From positions 7,375 through 71,374 of the forward strand of contig CABMDC010000001.1 in NCBI GenBank assembly GCA_902384795.1: a DNA stretch of 64,000 nt, written 5' to 3'. Source of the DNA: Candidatus Gugararchaeum adminiculabundum. GTDB lineage: Archaea; Micrarchaeota; Micrarchaeia; Burarchaeales; Gugararchaeaceae. The translations under genes were made by a program, and so were the position numbers. The notes beneath the pieces are model-generated. The model worked only from the letters and a program-made list of their open reading frames with translations, was not told the origin of the DNA and searched no databases. This document shows positions 57,200 through 64,000 of this stretch, piece after piece; the first letter of the stretch is position 1; every line of letters begins with the position of its first letter.

Positions 57200-57361
57200 A
57201 TGAACATAGATTATTTTCGTGGAGTCGGAATCGGACTGTTAATCTCCTGGGTAACTGGTGCTTTAGCTTACTGGAAAACAGGGCAACTGCCCCTGTCACT
57301 CCTGGTGCTTGAATGCGCATTGAGCGTAATATTCCTAGCAATATCATTTTTTATGCAATAG
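57200..57361 (+). CDS. Small 2-TM membrane protein, 53 aa
   Basis: Below the ORF-track cutoff; AAGGTGA RBS; MNIDYFRGVGIGLLISWVTGALAYWKTGQLPLSLLVLECALSVIFLAISFFMQ*. Confidence 0.6.
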   Translation: MNIDYFRGVGIGLLISWVTGALAYWKTGQLPLSLLVLECALSVIFLAISFFMQ

Positions 57362-57403
57362 CGCCGCTGATAATAACTTATCTGCTGTTTAATCGGTTTT
57401 CCC

Positions 57404-58123
57404 ATGGATTGCAAAAAAGAGATTCTACTTTTAAGGGCTGATTTGCAAAAGCACGTTAATGCGAAGTACAAGCAGGGTGCAACAAACTATTTCAAGGAGC
57501 AAATTCGGCCGCATGGCGTTCGCCTGCCAACTGTTCATAAAATTGCAGCAGAGCATTTCAAGCGCCTAAGGAAACAAGGTTGGAGTAAAGCAGACTTCTT
57601 CGCACTCGCGGAAGAGCTCCAAAAGACCGGCTGGTTCGAGGAAACAACCGCGGCCTATTCCATGCTTGAGCATCTCGAGCGCGAATTCATTGAGGATGAT
57701 TTTGCCACATTTGCTTTCTGGCTTGAAAAATACGTTTCCAACTGGGCGCACTGCGACCATCTTACCAATCATCATGTTGGCTATTTGCTCGAAAAATATC
57801 CACAATTAGTAAAGCGCCTTTACCCTCACGCAAAATCCAAGAACAGGTGGATGAAAAGAAGCGCCTGCACTTCGCTCATCCTTCCAGCGCGCCACGGCCT
57901 TTTCCTTTCCGACTGCCTGAAAATTGCGCAAATTCTCCATCAGGACAGGGATGATTTGGTTCTCAAGGGAGCAGGCTGGATGCTGCGCGAGGCAGGCAAA
58001 AGGCACGAGGATGCTGTTTATAATTTCCTGCTTCAAATCAGGAAGAAAGCAGGCCGTGTGCTATTAAGGTACGCGATTGAAAAAATGCCCAAGCAAAGAA
58101 AAGAGGCGGTTCTCTATGGTTAG
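57404..58123 (+). CDS. DNA alkylation repair protein (AlkD-like HEAT repeat)
   Basis: GVRLP, NWAHCD, W.KR, LVLKGAGWMLREAGK, LRYAIEK. Confidence 0.88.
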   Translation: MDCKKEILLLRADLQKHVNAKYKQGATNYFKEQIRPHGVRLPTVHKIAAEHFKRLRKQGWSKADFFALAEELQKTGWFEETTAAYSMLEHLEREFIEDDFATFAFWLEKYVSNWAHCDHLTNHHVGYLLEKYPQLVKRLYPHAKSKNRWMKRSACTSLILPARHGLFLSDCLKIAQILHQDRDDLVLKGAGWMLREAGKRHEDAVYNFLLQIRKKAGRVLLRYAIEKMPKQRKEAVLYG

Positions 58124-58901
58124 CATTTTAGAAGCAATCTTCCTGGCAGTAATCCAGGGAATAACCGAATGGCTGCCAATTTCCAGCTCAGGCCATCTCG
58201 CCCTGGCGCAATATTATTTTCACATCCAGGCATCAGTTCTGTTCGACATCATCCTGCATCTCGGAACCCTGCTCGCAGTGGTTGTTTACTTTAGGCAAAA
58301 AATTCTTGACATAATCCAGTCTGCGCTCAGGCTCGATTTCAAAAGCGAGAACGGCTCCATCATCCCGTTCGCAATTCTCGCCCTGATTCCAACGGCAATA
58401 ATCGGCTTTGCTTTCAAGGACTTCTTCGAGTCCATGTTCCAGAAGCCCGCGCTCATCGGTGCAGGCCTCGTCCTCACCGGATTAGTTCTCTATTCCACCA
58501 AATACCTCGGCAAAAAAGCAAATTCTCCAGTTGGGTTAAAGCAGGCGCTCGCAATGGGAATAGCGCAGGGAATAGCGGTTGCGCCAGGAATTTCCAGAAG
58601 CGGCTCAACCATCAGCGCAGGAATAGCCGCCCAGGGGCAGAGGGAAAAGGTCGCAGCATTCTCCTTCCTGATTGCAGTTCCGGCAGTGATTGGCGCGGCC
58701 ATTTTCGAGCTAAAAGGAAAGGCAATAGAAGCAATTGGCATTGAAGCAATAGCAATCGGCCTGCTAGTTTCCTTTGCAGTTGGCTACGCGTCCATTCACG
58801 TTCTGTTCAAGCTGCTCAAGGGCGACAAATTCCACTGGTTTGCCTACTACTGCTGGCTTGCGGGATTAACCGCAATCGCAGCCAGTTTCCTGGTAAAATA
58901 A
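58116..58901 (+). CDS. uppP: Undecaprenyl-diphosphate phosphatase (BacA/UppP)
   Basis: QGITEWLPISSSGHL, HLGT, PGISRSGST. Confidence 0.93.
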   Translation: MVSILEAIFLAVIQGITEWLPISSSGHLALAQYYFHIQASVLFDIILHLGTLLAVVVYFRQKILDIIQSALRLDFKSENGSIIPFAILALIPTAIIGFAFKDFFESMFQKPALIGAGLVLTGLVLYSTKYLGKKANSPVGLKQALAMGIAQGIAVAPGISRSGSTISAGIAAQGQREKVAAFSFLIAVPAVIGAAIFELKGKAIEAIGIEAIAIGLLVSFAVGYASIHVLFKLLKGDKFHWFAYYCWLAGLTAIAASFLVK

Positions 58902-58905
58902 AAAA

Positions 58906-60885
58906 CTAACCCCTCTTTCGTTTTGCTTTTTTAGCCAACCTCACCTTTGGCCATTTTGTTTCTTTTGGTTTTTCCTCTTCGCCAATTGAAACTATTCGCG
59001 TCTCATCAATCGTCTCTTGCTTCTTCTCCCCCATCTCGGCCAATTTTTCCATCCCATCTTTTCTTTCAAAAAACCCCGAATCAGGCGCAGCAGAAGTCAG
59101 GTCAATCCCCGCAGGCACAACCGTAACTGCAGGCGCGCCAGGAATTTTAGCAGGCGTTTCTTCCACAGGCACGGACACTTCCACTGCTTGCCTAGCTGCC
59201 TTTGGGTCCATCCACTTGTCCACATCCACCGTCCTCACCCGCATGGGCAGCATGTACTTTTTCCCGTCGTACAATCTCACTACGCATTCCCTCTGGTTCA
59301 GCCTTACGAACATCTCCCTTTTCGCTTCCTCCAATTCCGTGGCAGTCCTGCTCTTTTTGAAATATTCCTCCATCTTGATTTCCATTATGGAGCTCACCAG
59401 CACCGCGTCCCCCCTGTTGGTTTTGAAGGAAACCACGTTCCTTGTGTTCGAAACAATCGCATCCACAATTTCCTTTCTCAATTGCCCAAGGTACTGCATT
59501 GACAAATACAAATACAGGTTGAACTTCCTGGTTTCAGCCAGGATGTCCTTTGCCACCAATGTCTCCACTCTCGGAAACTCATCAATCACCAAAATGGTCG
59601 GGGTTTTGAATTTCTCGGTAATCGCAAGGATGTACATCTGGGAAATTATCGCCCCTGCCAGGAAGTTGATCATCTTTTTCCCGAAGAAATTCGGGTCAAA
59701 GGACACTATGGTCACGTTGTTCTTTTCGCTGATTTCCAGCAGGGATTCTTTTTTCAAATCCTTTCCCAAATACAATTCATACTCCCCGATGAAGTTCAGG
59801 ATTGGCAAAACCGCATCATTGAAATGATGGATGTAAATGTCCTGGTATTCCTGGTCAAAGAACCTTCTCGCTTCATCCACCTTGCTCTTGCTGGTTGCTT
59901 CCATCCTGTATGCGGAATCAGTAAGCAGCATGTTTATGTCCTTCAAGGTCAGCCTATCAATCGAAGAAAGCAAGTATGTGGAATAAAACAAAATTCTCTC
60001 GGAATACTTGTTGTTCTCCCCAATGGTCGAGGAAATCAGCTGGGTAATCAGCTGGGTCATGAGCGGGCTTTTCTCGGCCCCGATATCCAGCGGCTCAACA
60101 TAACTTCCCTTGAAATCAATGGATTTGTACTCTGGCATTTTTTTGGAGAATTCCCCGTGCGGGTCAAGCACCACAATGCGCACCTTTTCCCCGTACCTTT
60201 TTTCCAGCGCCTTGACCATCATCCAAAGCGCTTTGGTTTTCCCAGACCCGCTCTCGCCTACTATGAGCGAGTGCTGGAGCGGGTCATAGCTGTCCATTCC
60301 GATTTTCGTATCCCCGTCCTGGAACAGCGGGGCGCTGGAGCTGACGGCGATGCTCTTTGGGATGGGTTCAAGCACCTCCAGATAGACCGAAGGATGCTTC
60401 TCCAAACTGATCTCAAAAAATTTCTCGGGGTTTGAGATTAGCGCGTAGCGCAGCCGGCCCGCTGAGTCAACAGCGCGGACAGTGCCTACGAATTTCCCGA
60501 GCACGCGCCTTACAAAAAACGAAAGCTCCCTGATGTCCTCCTTGATCATGAAATTGAGCAAATTGTCCCCGCTCGCAGCGTAAATTTTCGGTGGCGGGAA
60601 CGCCCTTGATTTCACCCTTTCCACGTACTTCACTTCTCCCAATTTGAACGGGAACAGCAAATTGGAAAGCCCGCGCATGGTCCTGCTTTCCTTCACATAA
60701 AACCGCAAGGTGCTCCCATCCTTCTGGATCAGTATGCTGGACGGGATTTTGGAGTAAAAGTACGAAGGGTCTATCACTCCCAGAATCGGAACGCTCCTGC
60801 TGGTCAAATTTTTGAGCAGCATCCGCACATCATCCGGGCCGACTTTTTCAGAATAGAAAAGCAGCTCGCGCATTGGTTCAGCCAT
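58906..60885 (-). CDS. HerA/FtsK/VirD4-like P-loop ATPase (DUF87)
   Basis: GESGSGKT, LDPHGE, VIDEF, ETRKFNL...Q..GQL; low-complexity C-terminal tail. Confidence 0.85.
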   Translation of the reverse strand: MAEPMRELLFYSEKVGPDDVRMLLKNLTSRSVPILGVIDPSYFYSKIPSSILIQKDGSTLRFYVKESRTMRGLSNLLFPFKLGEVKYVERVKSRAFPPPKIYAASGDNLLNFMIKEDIRELSFFVRRVLGKFVGTVRAVDSAGRLRYALISNPEKFFEISLEKHPSVYLEVLEPIPKSIAVSSSAPLFQDGDTKIGMDSYDPLQHSLIVGESGSGKTKALWMMVKALEKRYGEKVRIVVLDPHGEFSKKMPEYKSIDFKGSYVEPLDIGAEKSPLMTQLITQLISSTIGENNKYSERILFYSTYLLSSIDRLTLKDINMLLTDSAYRMEATSKSKVDEARRFFDQEYQDIYIHHFNDAVLPILNFIGEYELYLGKDLKKESLLEISEKNNVTIVSFDPNFFGKKMINFLAGAIISQMYILAITEKFKTPTILVIDEFPRVETLVAKDILAETRKFNLYLYLSMQYLGQLRKEIVDAIVSNTRNVVSFKTNRGDAVLVSSIMEIKMEEYFKKSRTATELEEAKREMFVRLNQRECVVRLYDGKKYMLPMRVRTVDVDKWMDPKAARQAVEVSVPVEETPAKIPGAPAVTVVPAGIDLTSAAPDSGFFERKDGMEKLAEMGEKKQETIDETRIVSIGEEEKPKETKWPKVRLAKKAKRKRG

Positions 60886-61699
60886 TTCTTTTCACCATCC
60901 CAATTTTTGCTTTTCCCCCGCCTCCGCTCTTCTTCGCCCCGGCGCTCCCCCCCGTTCCGAGTTCGTAAACATCCCTACATGTCCCCTCCTCTTCCAGGTC
61001 GCGCGCCAGCTTCTCCTGCAGCATCTTCCTGAATTTTGCATAGCTCTCTGGCCCGACTTCCACATTTCCAATAGCGTATTTCAGCCCCTTGGCATTGAAG
61101 CAGAACATGCAGTTCTCGCAGTTCTCCACATTGTGGCAGTAATAGCAGTCCGATGAGGAGCCAGAATCGCTGGTTTCAAAGCACCGCGTCAGCCTGAACG
61201 AGTTGTACACATTGATGCAGAACGCGCATTCAACCGCCCTGCTCGCCCCGAATATGTACTCCGTGTCCTTGAGCCAGAAGCAATAGCCCGCGTATTTTGA
61301 AAACCAGCAATGGGTCCCTCGGTAGCAGTATTGGGTCGGTCCGTAGCACACGCACTCCTCGCTTCCTATGTTCTCGTACAAAACCGTTTCCGTGGTGGTT
61401 GTGCAAATTTTCGAAAGCGCCTTTTCCGCATTCTTCAGTGTCAGCGATCCGGATTCCTCTGGCGAAAGTTTCCTGTCAATCTTCAGCGATTCTTCGTAGG
61501 TGACCAGGTTCGGCAGCATTCCCTGGTAGAACTGCAGGCCAATTGCGTAAACTTTTTTGTCGCTCATCTGCGACTTATTCCTGGTAAAGCCGGTCACATG
61601 CCTCATCAGCCAGCGCTCATACTTCTCCGTTTCGCCTTTGAGCGGCCTGCCCAGCAGCACTGCGCAAGTGCTTTTGAATGCCTTCTCAATCTCATTCAT
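60878..61699 (-). CDS. Cys-rich repeat protein B (CPR/DPANN-type hypothetical)
   Basis: CAFCIN...RCFE....DCYYCHNVENCENCMFCFN.K...YAIGN; start overlaps the upstream stop (ATGAATGA). Confidence 0.8.
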   Translation of the reverse strand: MNEIEKAFKSTCAVLLGRPLKGETEKYERWLMRHVTGFTRNKSQMSDKKVYAIGLQFYQGMLPNLVTYEESLKIDRKLSPEESGSLTLKNAEKALSKICTTTTETVLYENIGSEECVCYGPTQYCYRGTHCWFSKYAGYCFWLKDTEYIFGASRAVECAFCINVYNSFRLTRCFETSDSGSSSDCYYCHNVENCENCMFCFNAKGLKYAIGNVEVGPESYAKFRKMLQEKLARDLEEEGTCRDVYELGTGGSAGAKKSGGGGKAKIGMVKRNG

Positions 61700-62453
61700 T
61701 CCAAACACCCCGGTGCACAATCTCCGTTATGGAAGGAACGGTTTTTTTCGCGCGCATTGTCCCGGCAATCTCCTTCACCAGTTTGTCTTTCAGCGAAGCG
61801 AACTTGTCCTGGGGCAGCTCCAGGTTCCCGATGCACCTGAGTTTGGAGCGCAGGTTGAAAGAGAACAGGCAGTTGCTGCAGTTCTCCAAATTCACCGTGT
61901 AATAGCAGTCAGAGCAGAAATTCAGCGAGACCGTTTCGAAAAGCCTCGAGCACTTGAAACCACGGAAGCTTTTGAGCACGAACTTCGAGCTTCCGGAGTG
62001 GTATGTCCCAACAATGTTCTCCCCGAACCTAACCGAGCTGCAATGGGCGACATTCTTGCTCCCGATCACATCCTCAGAAAAATGGACATTGCTGGACGAG
62101 ATTATGTCCGTTGAGTTTGTAACTTCTGAAGAGTTTCCCAGCACTATGTTGCCCGCGTAGTAGAAATTCTCCTCCAGCGCACGCACCAGCGAATCAATAT
62201 CCTTTATCGAATTGATATCCAGCTTTTTTCCCTTCAGCATTTTCGCATAATCCGCTGCCTCATCCGCCAGAATGAATTTCGCATCCCCCGGGCAGTTGTC
62301 GCAGTAGGCCAGATCTTTTCCTGACAGGGCGGATTTGCCCGCAGCGCTCTGGCGCACATACCGTTTCAGAAGCTTTTCATAATCCCCCAGCGGGCCGAGT
62401 TCCTCCCCCAGCACCACCCTGCAGGTGTCCGTCCATATTTTCTCTGCTCCCAT
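61692..62453 (-). CDS. Cys-rich repeat protein A (paralogue of B)
   Basis: TC.VVLG, YYAGN, CSRLFE...CSDCYY..NLENCSNCLFSFNL......IGN. Confidence 0.8.
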   Translation of the reverse strand: MGAEKIWTDTCRVVLGEELGPLGDYEKLLKRYVRQSAAGKSALSGKDLAYCDNCPGDAKFILADEAADYAKMLKGKKLDINSIKDIDSLVRALEENFYYAGNIVLGNSSEVTNSTDIISSSNVHFSEDVIGSKNVAHCSSVRFGENIVGTYHSGSSKFVLKSFRGFKCSRLFETVSLNFCSDCYYTVNLENCSNCLFSFNLRSKLRCIGNLELPQDKFASLKDKLVKEIAGTMRAKKTVPSITEIVHRGVWNE

Positions 62454-62508
62454 CCAAAAACCCCCTTTCCCACACATAACTTGCGCATCCTTCCTATTTA
62501 TCCTAAGG

Positions 62509-62526
62509 TAGTCCAGCACTGGACTA
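62509..62526. promoter_or_regulatory. Palindromic operator between divergent genes
   Basis: TAGTCCAG-ca-CTGGACTA, flanked by a second imperfect inverted pair TTTATCCTA / TAGGATTAAA. Confidence 0.65.
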
Positions 62527-62566
62527 AAAAGATAGGATTAAATACATCCGACGGCAAATTACCTCC

Positions 62567-64000
62567 GTGGCAGAGGAGTTTGACGAAATTGGAGGGCTTA
62601 CAAAGGGCGAGCGCAAAGTCTATTTAGCGCTGGCAGGGCTCGGTCCATCCACCGCTAATCCAGTGATTAAGCAGACCGGAATGCAGAAAAGTGCGGTCTA
62701 TTTCTGCCTTGAGCGGCTTGTTTCCAAAGGGCTCGCCAGCTATATCACGCGCAATAATCGCAGAGTTTTCGAAGCAGCGCCCTCCGCCAAATTGGGGGAA
62801 TTCATCGAACAGCGCAAGCGCAGGCTGGATGCGGAAAAAGCGGAAATGGACAGGGCAGTGAAATCCCTGATAGCAAACAGGGGCGAGGGCGGAAGAAAAG
62901 GCGCCAGGTTTTTCGAAGGCTGGAGCGGGCTTGAAATCGCGCTTGAGGACAGCTACTGCGACCTTGATCAAAAAGACGAGCTGCGCGTTTTCAGCGTGAC
63001 TGTCGCATCGAACCAGCTTGAAAGATTCCGGCGCCTGATAAAAAAATTCCATGACCGGAGGGCGGAGAAAAAAGTCCGGGCCCGCATGGTGATGAATGAA
63101 AGAATGCGCGAGACCCTGGGTAGGGACAGGGAAAACACCCCCTACACCGAGGTGCACTACGTGCCTCCGGAATACAGCACTCCTGCCACCATAAACGTGT
63201 ACAAGGACAAGGTGCTGATCATACTCCTAAGCGGTGAGAGCCCGACCACCTTCCTTGTTGAAGGGAAGGAAATCGCCGATTCTTTCCGGCAGTATTTCGA
63301 GCTGCTCTGGAGTGAGGAAACCCGCGTCTACCGCGGATTAAAGGGAATGGAAGCCCTGCTGGAGGACGTGCTCCAATACAAGGACGTTGTTTTCATAGGC
63401 GGGAGGGGCGACATCTCCCTGCGCATGCCCGATTACTTCTGGAAATCATTCGCGCCCCGCGCAGAAAAGAAAGGCCACAAATGGAAAATCCTCGGAATTC
63501 CCGAGATTGTCGAAACGCCGGTAATGAACGCGAAGTTCATCGAAGTGAGAACAATGTCCCACGCGGCGCTGGGCCCGATTGTCATATGGATTTTCGGCAA
63601 CAAGGTCGCCAATGTAATCTGGAAAAAAGACCCCATCGCGTTCGTGCTTGAGAACAAGGAAGTTGCCCAAAGATACAGGGATTATTTCACCACGCTCTGG
63701 GAAGATGAGACCCGCATCTACCGCGGCATTGGGGGCCTGCGCGCTCTCTGGGACAAATCGCTCCAGTACGACCAGGTGCGCAACATCGGGGGCAGGGGGC
63801 AGGCCGCAGTAAACGACCCTGACTATTTTTTCAAATCATTCGCCCCGCGCGCAGAAAAGAAAGGCTTCCGCTGGCGCATTCTCGGCCTTCCCGAGATCAT
63901 GAAAACTCCTATTGTAAAGGCGAAATTCGTGGAGATACGGCTCTTGCCCGAGTTGGCTATCGGCCCAACCGTGATACAAATTTCCGGTGACCGGGTTATC
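62567..64000 (+). CDS. TrmB-family regulator with at least three tandem effector-like domains (runs off the window)
   Basis: Not in the ORF track. Open from GTG 62567 to the end: GLTKGERKVYLAL...KSAVYFCLERLVSKGL HTH, then repeated ~130-aa units (R.Y.G..G ... IA..FR.YF..LW). Confidence 0.88.
   Translation, partial: MAEEFDEIGGLTKGERKVYLALAGLGPSTANPVIKQTGMQKSAVYFCLERLVSKGLASYITRNNRRVFEAAPSAKLGEFIEQRKRRLDAEKAEMDRAVKSLIANRGEGGRKGARFFEGWSGLEIALEDSYCDLDQKDELRVFSVTVASNQLERFRRLIKKFHDRRAEKKVRARMVMNERMRETLGRDRENTPYTEVHYVPPEYSTPATINVYKDKVLIILLSGESPTTFLVEGKEIADSFRQYFELLWSEETRVYRGLKGMEALLEDVLQYKDVVFIGGRGDISLRMPDYFWKSFAPRAEKKGHKWKILGIPEIVETPVMNAKFIEVRTMSHAALGPIVIWIFGNKVANVIWKKDPIAFVLENKEVAQRYRDYFTTLWEDETRIYRGIGGLRALWDKSLQYDQVRNIGGRGQAAVNDPDYFFKSFAPRAEKKGFRWRILGLPEIMKTPIVKAKFVEIRLLPELAIGPTVIQISGDRVI

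Noticed and set aside
62624-63670. Minus-strand ORFs in the track at the window end
   Set aside because: Antisense to the open plus-strand TrmB-family gene.

Overview
Archaeal chromosomal DNA of roughly 50% GC. The gene content and order suggest a DPANN lineage, most likely Ca. Micrarchaeota (inference): archaeal-type FtsZ-SecE-Spt5, EF-1alpha/S10/L11, archaeal ProRS, form III RuBisCO plus ribose-1,5-bisphosphate isomerase, many TrmB-like and orphan genes. The window holds housekeeping genes, two ABC exporter operons, MgtA, a complete regulator-sufCBDSU-VIT1 operon, tRNA-Gln(UUG), three very large or Cys-rich surface proteins and a small membrane redox cluster (MsrQ-like, cytochrome b5, cupredoxin, FNR-like). 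No integrase, transposase, reverse transcriptase or CRISPR array was seen. The main signals not in the ORF track are: (1) a 122-nt all-Watson-Crick four-way-junction element at 5019-5140; (2) an atypical box C/D sRNA at about 27170-27240 whose guide matches 23S rRNA near the peptidyl-transferase centre; (3) a divergent module of a multi-effector-domain TrmB, a palindromic operator, two translationally coupled Cys-rich paralogues and a HerA/VirD4-like ATPase (58906-64000); (4) an E3/LpdA homologue lacking its first redox cysteine; (5) a synonymous-only duplicate of a permease 3' end; (6) candidate operators for the PadR and suf regulators. All calls were made by eye and none was checked against a database.
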